A DNA stretch of 64,000 bases from Schmidtea nova (lineage: Eukaryota), in contig CM097883.1 in assembly GCA_044892505.1 (NCBI GenBank), positions 242,234,001 to 242,298,000 on the forward strand, read 5' to 3'. Below the pieces are notes generated by a model, which saw only the letters and a program-made list of their open reading frames with translations, was not told the DNA's origin and made no database searches. Each line of letters opens with the position of its first letter. Within the stretch, counting starts at the first letter, position 1. The position numbers were made by a program, and so were the translations under genes. Below are positions 1 to 12,800 of the stretch, one piece after another.

Positions 1-1155
1 TCGAGTTTTTGTACAATCTGAAGAAATAGAAATATTAAATTTATTCAACACACAAAGTTTTAGACCTATAACAGGATTCTTTAAAGTTGGATATTATTAT
101 TCTCGAGAGAATCTTTTACAACATGTTCCAATTAATGAAGAGGTTAAGCGCAGCTCCGCTAATAAACACAAAGTTAATAGATTTAGAAATGGTTAAATAG
201 AAGATTGGTTAAATAGTGTAGAACAGGTAGAAATAGAAACAGGTAGAAATAGAAACAGGTAGAAAAAAACAGTGTAGAAATTGTTAGAACAGGTGGAAAG
301 ATTACAAGAATATTTGAAGAAATAATTTATCAAGAAAATTATAAAATTTCACCATTTACCTCATATATTAATAGATTATTTAACCTAAGATTAAAATACA
401 AAGGAAAAGTATATGAATTAGATGGAGTCAAATATTCAGCAGATCTAGACAATATAGATCCAGTTTGTGATGAATTAATGAAGTTGTTGATGAATGCGTT
501 ATATGGTAAAATGGGTCAAAAAGATGGTGAAACAGAAATGCATATTTCGAGTGAACGAATATTACGAGATAATTATGACGAAACAATTTTATCAAGATTT
601 GAAATTGGAAACAACAAATTGGTTGTTGAAAAAAAAATTGAAACCGAGAAAATTGATGTTGTTGATCCAAAGAAAAGATGTTCAGATGTACCAATACATT
701 TGAGATCTTTTATTCTAGGACATTCAAAAAGAATTATGAATAATCATTTACTAGCAATAGATGCTTACAAGAGACCAATTGAATATTACAAAGATACAGA
801 TTCAACGTATATATCAAAAATATATTATAATGAATTAGATAGAGCTGGACATGTAAGAAGTAATTTAGGACAAGGAAAAAATGATTATGGAGATGGTGGA
901 ATTATATATGGATCATTCCAAGCACCCAAAGTTAAATACAATATTGTTTTAAACAATGGAGTTTTGATGGAAAAGAAAACCTTCATAGGTTACAATTCTA
1001 ATATTTTAGTTTCAGAAGAATTTTTCAAATTAAATAATAATGAAAATGTAGAATCAAAAATAACTAAACCTTGGAGTCGTGATTTTATCAAAGGTATTAG
1101 AAAACCTCCAGATGAAGAAGTTCAAGAAAAAAATTCAAATGTTTTGATTGTATAA
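1..1155 (+). pseudogene. Protein-primed family B DNA polymerase, C-terminal half
   Basis: KLLMNALYGK (motif B), YKDTDS (motif C); the frame is open from ~253 (GGKITRIFEEIIYQENYKISPF); it is broken by a short tandem-repeat stretch at ~215-270. Confidence 0.9.
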
Positions 1156-1695
1156 AAGGACAACCACCAGATGAAAATGGAATCAGGTATCAACATTATG
1201 ATGAAACAAAAACATGTGAATTGAATTATTATCAATTTGTGGGAGTTGAAACTCCTTCTTCTCTAAATCCAGAGACAACAATTCAAAAATGTAACGTGTG
1301 TCAAGAATTAAAATCACTTGATAATTTCTATTAAAAAAATAATATTTGTAAAAAGTGTAAAAATAAAAGCACAAAACAATGGTTAAAAAACACCAAATGC
1401 AAGAATAGCAGATGAATTGAGAAGACTTCCACTATCCAAAGAAACACATGAATGGTTATAATTTTCAAAACCATATTTTATTCCAAAGGATTATCAAAGA
1501 CAAGTTGAAATTGATCATTTAATACCACTTTCAAAATTTGACTTGTCAAAACAAGAAAATATTAAAAAAGCAATTGATTGGAAAAATTTGAGATATTTAA
1601 CCCATGAAGATAATATAAAAAGGGGTAGTAGATTACCAAATGAAAATGTATCGAATCAACAAAATTATATTATTAATTTATTTTTAATAAAATAA
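1146..1695 (+). pseudogene. CxxC zinc-binding plus HNH (beta-beta-alpha-Me) endonuclease region, probably the frameshifted C-terminus of pPolB
   Basis: Manual translation gives KFKCFDC, KCNVCQELKSLDNF, ICKKC and VEIDHLIPLSKFDLSKQENIKKAIDWKNLRYLTHEDNIKRG; two frameshifts and two stops. Confidence 0.7.
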
Positions 1696-1711
1696 ATATA
1701 TTTTTATAATT

Positions 1712-1927
1712 TCAATACTCGCTTAATTTTTTCAATTTTGATTTGTAATCTTGTTTTAATTTATCATGTAAATCTTGTTTTACTGGTTTTCTAACAACTT
1801 TTATTTCCTTTGAGCTGGCAGAGCCTTCACTTCGCGAAAATTTAATCTTGTTTATTTCCTCAATAATTTCTTGTATAATAATTTTACTAGTTTCAATTTC
1901 TTCATCTGTCAAAACATCATCACTCAT
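1712..1927 (-). CDS. Small charged Polinton ORF of unknown function
   Basis: 71-aa ORF co-oriented with neighbouring Polinton genes; no motif. Confidence 0.35.
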   Translation of the reverse strand: MSDDVLTDEEIETSKIIIQEIIEEINKIKFSRSEGSASSKEIKVVRKPVKQDLHDKLKQDYKSKLKKLSEY

Positions 1928-1969
1928 GGCTTTATTTTGATAAAGATATAATTTGTTTATACCAAGTTC

Positions 1970-2415
1970 TTATTTCAGACATACTTCTCTATAAATCTTT
2001 TTCTTTTTACTCGTCAAACCAATAGAAATTGTTTCTGTCAAAAGCAAATCAAGAGCACTAACACCACCAGTAATATAACGTATAACAACAGCAGCAGTTC
2101 CTAAACTAATACCACTCAATGGACCTATAATAGTAGAACTCAAAGCAAGTATACAACCCAAAGAAATACCAGTAATTTTAATTATAGAATCTGCTCTAGT
2201 CCATCTATGTTTTATTTTTTTGTAATGATTGAACAAATCTTGTAGTTACTTCTTTTCACCCAAGAAATCATTAATTTTACTTGTTTATATTTTTCATACA
2301 AACTGTTTTCTATAGGAGCTGTTGGAACAGTTGGTTCTTGTCTAACTTTAGAGTTATTTTTTAAAAAACTTTGTTTATCGTCAAAGCCGCAGCTCTGCTG
2401 ATATATTTTTTCCAA
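1970..2415 (-). pseudogene. Hydrophobic-hairpin Polinton accessory protein, split in two frames
   Basis: Long Gly/Ala/Ile/Leu hydrophobic segment followed by a poly-Lys run; the upstream part is in another frame. Confidence 0.45.
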
Positions 2416-2514
2416 ATTTGGATAAGCAGAGCTATCAGTTTAACCCGGGCTGTGCCCGTGGTTTTGTCGATGATAATGAGATTCAGGAATAATAAAATCT
2501 TCTTTTATCTCTTC

Positions 2515-2958
2515 CATTTTGTTAGATTAAATATAACTTGTTACCTTGTATTTTTAATTCATAATCTCTTGGTGTCAACATGTGACTATATTGATTTTTC
2601 AAAGTATTTTGAACTTGTTGATCATCAACTGCTTTATCATAAAATAAAAATCAATATATTCCACTATACCAGTAGAAAAATGAATCTCACCAATACTAGT
2701 AGAATGAAACTTTTTATCTATTTTTTTCCATCAAAAATATACACCCCCACCTATTGATACCAACCCACATATAATGACATCACCAACCTTGGCACCTGTT
2801 GCTTCTTTTGAAGGATCTTTTGAAGGATCTTTAGAAGGATCTTTTGAAAATAATGTCAAAACACCATTATCATTATTAAATACAATATAGTGTGGTTGAA
2901 TAATCTTTACTACAACATGTAATGACCATGCCGCATCTCGTAGAGATATTGGATCCAA
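2515..2958 (-). pseudogene. Possible distal part of a fiber or virion protein
   Basis: ORF 2731-2958 continues across frameshifts (..STSIGEIHFSTGIVEYIDF..FYDKAVDDQQVQ..); contains a 3x KDPS (12-bp) repeat. Confidence 0.3.
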
Positions 2959-3340
2959 AGATTTAATGTGTGTAAATGGGTAATAAATTATGATTTTCTT
3001 TCAATTCTGCACTTCTCTTTCTAATTGTATGTCTATTATCAACATGTATATTGTGTGAAATCTTGTATTGAATGATTTGATCATTTCATTTGTTATTGCA
3101 TACATTGTTTCTTTAAATTTATAAATTTCACTATTAATATATTTTTTAATTATAGAATCATTTAAAATTTTCATGTTTGCGCTTCTTTTTTCTTCAATTT
3201 TGTATTCTTCTCGAGTTATAAATTTCAACTTTAAATTTTCAGCAGAGCTGCGCTCATCTTGCAACATTTTTACTTGATCGCGTAATGTTCCCAATTCTTG
3301 AGAAACTCGCTCATTTAATTCCTTACATGTCTTGATTGTA

Positions 3341-3721
3341 TTATTTAGTTTTTTTGTTTTCTTGTTCTAGTGTATTTATTTTCTTGCATTCCTTTTCTAA
3401 TAATTGCATCTTTTCATTTAATTTTCTATTCTGTGCAAATATCAAAGGAACATCTGTCAACAAAACATTTATTTCTTTTTTTAAAGATTTTATAAAACCA
3501 TCTACATATCCTTTGTTTACAATTTCATTATCATTAGTTGGATCAACAACCCCAATAATTTTGTTACCATTCATGTTTAAATTCCCCTTCATAGTATCAC
3601 CACTTTCATTTACAAATCTATTTTCAGATTTTAACATGACTTGTGTAGTAACAGATTCGCGGATATCATTAGTATTATTAATTTGAACTGCTCCAGTATA
3701 ATCAACCGGCATCCAACTCAT
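3341..3721 (-). CDS. Tail-fiber-motif protein
   Basis: GDTMKGNLNMNGNKIIGVVDPTNDNEIVNKGYVD matches the GxTMxGxLxMxGNKIxxxxDPxxxxDxxxKxYVD fiber repeat, followed by a coiled coil. Confidence 0.7.
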   Translation of the reverse strand: MSWMPVDYTGAVQINNTNDIRESVTTQVMLKSENRFVNESGDTMKGNLNMNGNKIIGVVDPTNDNEIVNKGYVDGFIKSLKKEINVLLTDVPLIFAQNRKLNEKMQLLEKECKKINTLEQENKKTK

Positions 3722-3780
3722 TTTTTAACATGATAATTCAATCATTTTCATGATTACATTTTCATGATTACATTTTATGA

Positions 3781-4209
3781 TTACATTTTCATGATTATTT
3801 CTACAAAGTGGTTTCCCTTGTTCAACTGCCACAACACAAAACAACACAATTGTCCACAAATCCTTGTATTATTTGGTTGTACTTGAATTGTATTGTACAA
3901 GTAGTCATCTGAAATGTATTCTTGAATACCTTGTATGGGCACAATTCCAAAAGAATCAAAATAAATCTTGTGTTTGTTTGAACACAAGACCCAATGACTT
4001 CCTTTTTGATTTGTATTTTGTAAATTTATAATCAAATTTGGTTTTTCTTTGTTGGTGGAGCCATCGCTTCACGAGTAATCTTTTATTTCATCACACATTA
4101 TTATAGAAACTTTCACATGTAAATCTCTACAAATGTTTTTCAAATCAAAATTTGTTTCAGTATCTGTTCCATAATTTTTCAAAAATATATCAAGTTTAGT
4201 ATCCCCCAT
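3781..4209 (-). pseudogene. Adenain-like cysteine maturation protease, frameshifted
   Basis: GSHWV..YFDSFG..Q..ICGQLC catalytic H/D/Q/C motifs; the N-terminus lies in ORF 4069-4251. Confidence 0.85.
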
Positions 4210-4210
4210 T

Positions 4211-4795
4211 TTAAACTTGTCTAAGATGACATAAAAAACAAATTTCTTCATTATTAAAATTTATAATCTTTTCATTTTGATCTTGTATTTTAAAAGTTAT
4301 ACTACTTATCGTCTTACTAATGATTGGTATATAAGCTAGATTTGTATTATTTTGAATAATTCTATAACCATGACCAACAGTTCCATATGGAAAACTATAC
4401 AAACAATTGGTTATTTTTCCATTATAATAAGAACCTTGTACAATATCACATGTTAAATCGATTGAAGTTATATCGCTTATATTCACAGTTTTATCAGCAA
4501 CAACTTGTCCTTTATATTCTGTAAAATTATTGAAACCAAGAATTTCTCCAAGATGGGTGGTCTTGGAGCTACTAATATTTCCAAATCGAATTATACAAGT
4601 ATCACATATATTCATTTTCATTTTTCCTGAAGGTCTATCAAGTTCAAATTTTACTAGTGATTGGCTTCGCGACGTCTCTGACGATTCTTCTGATTTAAAT
4701 TTTTCTTTTATTAAGTTTTCTATTGTTGTGATCAAGACTTTATTCATATGCACCAGGTGAAATTGTAATGTGGTACTCTTGTAATGTGGTACCAT
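4211..4795 (-). CDS. Minor capsid protein (penton), likely N-terminally truncated
   Basis: SIDLTCDIVQGSYYNG..LYSF..YIPI..ISSITFKIQDQN..INFNNEEI..HLR is typical of the Polinton penton C-terminus. Confidence 0.8.
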   Translation of the reverse strand: MVPHYKSTTLQFHLVHMNKVLITTIENLIKEKFKSEESSETSRSQSLVKFELDRPSGKMKMNICDTCIIRFGNISSSKTTHLGEILGFNNFTEYKGQVVADKTVNISDITSIDLTCDIVQGSYYNGKITNCLYSFPYGTVGHGYRIIQNNTNLAYIPIISKTISSITFKIQDQNEKIINFNNEEICFLCHLRQV

Positions 4796-4821
4796 CCCGG
4801 GTTCGCCACCACGCCCATTTC

Positions 4822-5160
4822 AATAAATATCAAATATACACAAAAATTCATCACACACACAAAATATCATCACATATGAAATTTCATCACAAATTATCAT
4901 CATACTATAGTGCACTAACATAGAAAATACATCAAAAATCATCAATAATTACGAACAAAATATCAAAAATATATAGAAATTCATCACATACACACAAAAT
5001 ATCAAAAATACATAAAACTATCGCACATACAAAATATCATTACATACATGAAATATCATCAAATAAATCATCAATAATACACATAAAATATCAAAAGTAC
5101 ATATAAATTCTTCGCACACATATAAAACGTGTTGTCATACTATATTGCATTAACATAGTA
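4822..5160 (+). repeat. Degenerate minisatellite (AAATATCATCACA-like), left arm of an inverted pair
   Basis: Reverse complement aligns by eye with ~6815-7225. Confidence 0.8.
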
Positions 5161-5177
5161 TGGGGGTTATATAGCGA

Positions 5178-5240
<63 letters not shown>
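5178..5240. repeat. (TA)n microsatellite
   Basis: Direct observation. Confidence 0.95.
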
Positions 5241-5244
<4 letters not shown>

Positions 5245-5274
5245 GACATATTCTCTAATGATATTTTTCAAACA

Positions 5275-5710
5275 TATTTTAGTTGATTACTTCTTTTTAT
5301 TTATTCTAGCTAGATATATTTTAACAATCAAGCTGAATATGAAATAAAATCTATTATTTGATTTATATATAATAAGAACTCTTTTTTCTTTTTTAAGAAT
5401 TATCAAACTTTACTTTAACGGCTTTATTCAAACATAATTTAGTTGATTACTTCTTTTTATTTATTCTAGCTAGATATATTTTAACAATCAAGCTGAATAT
5501 GAAATAAAATCTATTATTTGATTTATATATAATAAGAACTCTTTTTTCTTTTTTAAGAATTATCAAACTTTACTTTAACGGCTTTATTCAAACATAATTT
5601 AGTTGATTACTTCTTTTTATTTATTCTAGTTAAATATATTTTATCAATCATTCTAAACATGAAATATAATCTAATATTTGATCTATAAATAAGAAGAACT
5701 CTTTTTTTTA
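5275..5710 (+). repeat. 160-bp tandem repeat, ~2.7 copies
   Basis: AGTTGATTACTTC at 5281, 5441 and 5601. Confidence 0.9.
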
Positions 5711-5850
5711 AAGTTTCATAAAATTTTATAGCCCACCGCGCTATAGTGGATGATATTGTTTGTTTTTTACTTTTGTTTTAACGGTGTGATCTTTTGGACT
5801 TTGATATTTTTGTTTTATTGTTTATGGTGTTTACCCCCACAAATTGTGTA

Positions 5851-5853
5851 ATT

Positions 5854-5927
<74 letters not shown>
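5851..5927. repeat. (TA)n microsatellite
   Basis: Direct observation. Confidence 0.95.
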
Positions 5928-5930
<3 letters not shown>

Positions 5931-6539
5931 CCAATAATCTTTTCAGTTTTTTCCATCATCTTCATGTTAGCAGAAATTTCTAGCAGAACCTCTTTTGTGA
6001 TGGTTTTTATCTGCCAATGCTTATTAATCACAAATACTTTCACCATATCACTCATTTTTACAATTCAACTTCATTCTGTAGCAAAATCCATTTGTTATGT
6101 GTCATCTACTTTAGCATAACCCATTTCTCTTAAAAACTTAATTTATTTATCCAGTTCTAATATTTTCACCCATTAACATATTGACAATTTCCCGCCATTG
6201 TTTCTAAAATATCTGTACAAATTGGTTTTCTTCATATTTAAACCGAACCTACTTTGATGTTTGAAAGATTCATTTTCACTCATTATTGTTATATTTTCAT
6301 GAATTTTATCCAGTAGTAAAACCTTTTGTAGCAGAACCTCATTTGTGATGGTTTTTATCTGCCAAAGCTTATTACACACATATTTATTACTGTTACAATT
6401 TCAATAACAAATATTAGCATATCCCATGATGAGTTTTGATCAAATACACAATGTTTCAATTTTATACAGTAACAGACACAAATTGTGAAAACTTCTTATT
6501 TCAACATATATTACTGATACACTTTCATAATATTCCAAT

Positions 6540-7570
6540 TTTTGAGTGGATAATCTTTGTGTGATTAATGTCTATGTAGTTTTGATATTTATGTGTATTT
6601 TTGATGATTTTCTATGTATTTTCTGCTACAGTATGTTGACATTTTGTGATGATATTTCATGTATGTAATGATATTTTGTATGTGTGTGATAAAATCCTGT
6701 ACTTTTGATTTTTTGTATGTGTGATGAATTTCTATATATTCTTGATATTTTCTGTGTGTATTTATGATGATTTTCTATATTCTCTATATTTTGTGTATTT
6801 TTGATGTATTTTCTATGTTAATGCATTATAGTATGACAACATTCTTTATATGTGTGTGACGAATTTATATGTACTTTTGATATTTTATGTGTATTATTGA
6901 TGATTTTTAAGTATTTCTGATATTTTGTGTGTACTTTTGATGATTTTCTATGTATTTTCTGTGTTATCAACCTACAGACAATGACATTTTATGATGATAT
7001 TTCATGTCTGTAATGATATTTTGTATGTGAGATAGTTTTATGTATTTTTGATATTTTGTGTGTATGTGATGAATTTCTATATATTTTTGATATTTTGTTC
7101 GTAATTCTTGATGATTTTGATGTATTTTCTATGTTAGTGCACTATAGTATGATGACATTTTGTGATGATATTTCATATGTGATGATATTTTGTGTGTGAT
7201 GAATTTTTGTGTATATTTGATATTTTGTGTGTGATTAATTTCTATGTATTCTTGATATTTTGTGTGTATCTTTGATGATTTTCATGTTTTTGATATTTTG
7301 ATGTATTTATGCGTTATTACATTATAGTATGATGATATTTTGTATATGTGTGTAATAATTTTCTATGTATTTGATGATATCCGTTGTGTGTATTTCACGT
7401 ATGTAATGATATTTCATTTGTTTTGCACTCTAGTGTAATAATATTTTGTGTGTGTATCATAAATTTCTATATTTTGTATGTGTGCTTGTACTATAGTGTA
7501 AAAATATTTTGTTTATGTATGTATGTACTCTAATGTAAAAATATTTTGTGTGTAATGATTTCTATATTAT
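6540..7570 (-). repeat. Long degenerate minisatellite (TGATATTTTGTGTG-like), right arm of the inverted pair
   Basis: Same motifs as 4822-5160 in reverse orientation, with more copies. Confidence 0.8.
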
Positions 7571-8999
7571 GTTAATTTATTGTGTATTTACCCACCCAGT
7601 CTCGTGTGATGCTTTTCGTCATTTATTTATCATAGTGACATAACCTTGGTAGCATCACCTTTGGTAACAGAACCTTTTTTGTGATGGTTTTTGAACCCAA
7701 AAGCTTTGTACTTGAACATATTTTTAATAACAAATATACTGTTTCTTAAAGAAAATTGACAATTTTGTACTATAAAATGATATCATAAACCTTGATAGCT
7801 GAACATTTGGTAACATAACCTATTTGTGATAGTTTTTGAGCTTATCTTCAAAATAATTTATGATCACATGAATTTCACTATATTTGATATTGTCCATGAT
7901 GACAATGCTACCTTGCTAGAAATGTTCATGTTACCCAGTAAACTATCATTTTAACACATCAAATAAGACAATGTTTATTCTGATTTGCTTCAACAAATGT
8001 AATTCGTTTGCCTGACTTACAAAGTTAATGAGTATCAGAACCTTAGTAACAGAATCTTGGTGATTAAAAATTCATTTGTATTGTTTTGGGCACATTGATT
8101 CAATATTTTATCAAATTATATCTAGTAATTAAATATGTATAAATAATTACCACTTGTTATTCATTTAATTTTAGATTTAACATCAAATGATAAATTTTAA
8201 TTATTTTCATTTTAAATTTGATTTTTAGAAAAACTGATGAAAATTTTAATAATCAATTAAAAGAATTGATATATATTGGGCTTCAAAAATTATACCATTT
8301 CGAATATAGATGTCAACTGGGATCGATCTGAATGTTATTTTAATGAATCCTTTAAAGAAGATTGATGATGAACTTCCGGCAGTACTGTATCGATGTACAT
8401 ATCCATGTAAAAGCTTGATTGATCGATGGAAGATTTATCATTTTGAGGAAGGAGTTGGGAAAATATCATTTCACATGTATTGTTAATTATAAATAAATCG
8501 GTCAATTTGTGTTTCTTTTTATTAAAGTTTTTATTAAAAATATTTCAGTGTTTAATTTTAAAATTCCGGGATATTAGTAAAAACAATTTGCATGCAATAC
8601 ATGTACAACAAACATGAAGTAACTCACATAGGTATGTAACTCATCAAAGGCAAATCGTGAATAATTCACACATGTCTCATACAGGTCACAATCATTTCTT
8701 GTATACACACATCATGCTTCCTTTTCAACTGTAACCTTACATTTTAATATTTAAAAAAATATGTCAACTGTTACAACTCGTATTCATAATTAAATCAAAG
8801 TATTTGTGAGTGTGTGCAATTTATTGCATAAACCTCGTCGATTTACTCCAAAAACCAGTATTTGCTATCAACTATTGCCAAATACCATTAAAAGCGACGA
8901 AATGTTTACTAATAAATAAGCACAAAAAACCTAAACAGGTATGTTTTCACTAAAAATCCCTCTTATTTACACATAAATTACTTAATTAATTACCTGGCA

Positions 9000-9560
9000 G
9001 TTACGAATCCATCCATTAAAACTTTATACTATAACTGTTATCTATTCAATGATACCTTTATTATTATATCAGTTTTGACCCATCGCATTTCATGTTGTAA
9101 GATAGCGTCATTCGCTTATCCGCTTTGACCCATACGGTTCCCAAATCTGATAAAATTAATTCCAATGTTTGATAAAAACACATGTGCATGATAATTTTTA
9201 TATAATGTATTAACTACAGTACAATTACGATACCATCCATTAAGATTCAACAACCAATTATATGTTGATATCTTCTTTCACCCATTAAAGTCCATGTAAT
9301 AACATGTCGCCATTCGCTTATAATCTTTGACTCACTCAGTTCCCATATCCCAATGTTCGATAAAACACACTTTTTATATAAAATATTAACTACAGTACAA
9401 TTACGATCCCATCCATTAAAATTCAACAACAAATTACTATAATATGTTGATATCAGCTTTGACCTATCACATCCCATGTAATAAGATGTCGCCATTAGTT
9501 TATCAACTTTGATACATGGGTTCCGATCAAACTAGTCTGAATGTTTGATAAAAAACACAT
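9000..9560 (+). repeat. Diverged ~180-bp tandem repeat, ~3 copies
   Basis: TTAACTACAGTACAATTACGAT(A/C)CCATCCATTAA recurs at ~9210 and ~9386; GTTYGATAAAA-ACAC at ~9168, 9356 and 9544. Confidence 0.75.
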
Positions 9561-12312
9561 AAGTAAGGGAATTTGAACACAATATTTACATACTCAGATA
9601 TGTTTAACTGATATTAATTAGTCATTCAAGAGCCAATTTTATTAAAAGTTCAATGAAAAACTCCTATTTTTCATCAAAATTAGACAATTTAACTAAATTG
9701 AAAGTTAAAATAAAATTTATTACAAACTCTAAAATAAAATCTTAATATAAGTTAGATTTCAAATTATTAAATACAAATTTTCAAAGTTATATTACAAATT
9801 ATAGATTAAATAAAATTTTCAAAATTATATTATAGTTTACATTAATTTATAAGTTTAATTTAGTTTTATGCAAATTTTAAGTAAAAACTTATTAAAAATA
9901 AATTAATCAAGTAAGCCTTTTTGTTTTATTATTTCAAATTAATTATTTTATTTTAGATAATATTCAAAATAGAAAGTATGAAATCTTTTAATTTTTAATA
10001 ACTATTTTACTTTTTATTTAGATGTTTATTTTTAAATAAAATTGGATAAATATAAATTTATTTTTAATTTATAAATGTACTTTTAATTTATATTATTTAG
10101 GTATTTTCTAAATATTGAAATGTTGAATACATGGATAAAACAGAAGTCAAGATCGGATATGTAAGTATTTTTATAATATTTTCAAGTAAATAAATTAAGA
10201 ATAACATAAATTAGTTAATTAATAATTTAGTTAATTTTAATAATTTAAGTGTAATTTTTCAAATTTTTACATTTTTAAGGGAATTATTAACACAATAAAT
10301 TTAATAACAAATTTTAAGTAAAATAAATAATTTAGACAATAATAATTAAACTTTAAGTGATTATTTTAGGAAATCTTATGTATATAAATTTTCATATTTC
10401 AGTTAAAAACTAATAATTTAATAATATTTATTAATATTATTTTAGTAAATTTGTTATTAATTTTAAATAAACGCATTTCAGCGCAAACAATTAATTTAAA
10501 CAAATTTAATTAGTAAATTTTATAATAATTAAACTTAGTAATAATTTTAAGTTAACATTTTATAAATATTTTAAATTTTCGCATTTTAAGGATAATAAAT
10601 AATTTAAACAAGATAATTTAACTTTAAGTAATTATTTTAGGAAACATTTTGTATTTCGGTTAAAACTAATAATTTAAATAATGTTTAGTTAAATTAATTA
10701 GCTTTTTCGTAAATATTTATAAAACTTTTGTTATTATTTTTAAATAAATGTATTTCAGCGCATATAATTAATTAAAACAAATTTGATATTAATTTAAACT
10801 TTTATTTTAGTTAATTATTTCAACGGTCCAGGAGAAACCTCTGGAAATAGTAAATTATTTGTAATTTAAATTATTCATTAATTTTAGATAAAACTAGATG
10901 CTTAATGACAAAAAGATAAAAATTTTATTTGTTTTTTATTTAAATATATTAGGGCGGGTGGGTTTCGTTTTCACCCTTTATTTATTGAAGCATGCCAGTC
11001 GTTGTGATGGCGACCGTAATCCAACCAAGTTGGATGCCTATGCGATGTTTGCTTATTTTTGATTTAACAATAATTAATTTCGGTCATAGTGTTTATGACG
11101 ATATCTTGCCGGCACATTCATGGCGTATGAAACTCTAAGTTGTGGATGATGTCTTGGTAGCTGGCTACCCTTGATCGTTATAGATAGCGAACTATTGATG
11201 CCCAGGTCCAATTGACACCACTTTGGGGAGGCACAGACGACCCTTGTGAATGCGATCACTTGCCCAAAGTGTCTTTTAGACTCAGGCATTTAATCACTGC
11301 TCTTTAGGACTGGCAATATTAAAGCACATGTTCTTTATCTTGTCTCTTCTTTTCNNNNNNNNNNNNNNNNNNNNNNNNNNNNNNNNNNNNNNNNNNNNNN
11401 NNNNNNNNNNNNNNNNNNNNNNNNNNNNNNNNNNNNNNNNNNNNNNNNNNNNNNNNNNNNNNNNNNNNNNNNNNNNNNNNNNNNNNNNNNNNNNNNNNNN
11501 NNNNNNNNNNNNTAATTGTAATAATATTTATAAAAAAAATTATTAATTGTAATAAAAATAATTATAAAAAAAATATTAAACAAAATAATAATACTTATAA
11601 AATATTATTAGTAATAAAAATAATACTTATAAAATATTAATAGTAAAAAATGTTATTAAAACTTTTGTAAATTGCGCTAAAAATTTTAATATTTACTTTA
11701 TTTAAACAAAACAGTGGTTAAATTCAAAAATTGCGCAAAAAAATATAAACATTTACTGTATTTTAACAAAAACTAAAATGGCGGTAACATTCAAAAATTG
11801 AGCTAAAATTTTTTATTAATTTACTTTGATTAAACAAAATTGCGGTAAAATTCAAAAATTGGTCCAAATAATTAAAACAAAAAATGACCTTGACCTTTGA
11901 CCTCGATTACGTAATTCTGTTGTCACACCTTGCTTGATATATGAAGCCCGAGAAATATTACGTAATAACGATTGTGCTATGTATAAACCCGAGCATTGCG
12001 TGATGATCACGTGTACTATGTAAAGTTCAAACTATTATGTAACATACACACATGGTGGTAGTGGTTTGGACAGGACACATCCTCCTACTTGTGTAGCATG
12101 TATTAGATGTAATGACACAATCCGAAAGATTTATATATCATTTAACTCAGAACAGTATATCTCAAGTCGAACAAATTATCATTCGGATAAATGAGAGGAA
12201 AAACTATTGGAGAAAATGAATTTCTAAACTGTGAAATATGTAAATAAAATGTAAGTAAACTACAAAACAGCTTAGAAAGGAAAAAGCATATATTCTAAAC
12301 ATAATTCTAAAC

Positions 12313-12800
12313 CAGGGGTCGGCAACCTTTTGAGGCGGAAAAGTTACAATTTACAAAATTTCTTAGTTTTTTAAGAGCCACTAGTATTTTTGTTTCAATA
12401 TTATGGTATTTGATTAGGATTAGGTATATAAATTTGATTTTTGATTTAAAATAAATAGCTTTAAATATGAAGTAATATTTATTCATATAAAAACATAAAA
12501 ATGTTTCGCACAAAAAAAATTAAAGTGTTTTAGCTAGCTCTGCTAGAATAATAAAATTAGTAATCAAATAATAAAACTAATTATTGATTAATAAATAGTT
12601 ACAATAGTCAGCTATCCGTTTACTCTCTACTCTAACAATTCTTATTGTTCTCTGTTGACTGTTTCTGTCCTGTTTGCAGTATACTTTTTTGTAGTATAAA
12701 ATTTTTTGAGTTGAAAATAAAATAATATAATTATTAATATTTGCACATGGAACTGGAGCCGCATATGGACATTGAAAGAGTCACAGGTTGCCGACCCCTG
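12313..12800. mobile_element. hAT-type MITE (488 bp)
   Basis: Perfect 16-bp TIR CAGGGGTCGGCAACCT; flanks TTCTAAAC/TTCTAGTC are a degraded 8-bp TSD resembling the nTCTAGAn hAT target. Confidence 0.9.

Larger units (their letters stand above)
1..4830. mobile_element. Polinton/Maverick (adintovirus-like) remnant A, running off the window start
   Basis: Cluster of pPolB (+) facing fiber-like, adenain protease and penton ORFs (-); all lesioned; no terminus recognised. Confidence 0.85.

Noticed and set aside
5844-6119. YI-repeat ORFs (also 23071-23334 and 36084-36329)
   Set aside because: Translations of (TA)n or AT-rich low-complexity DNA
8150-10900. Possible host exons with short introns
   Set aside because: Splice-like signals exist but no coherent or recognisable protein could be assembled
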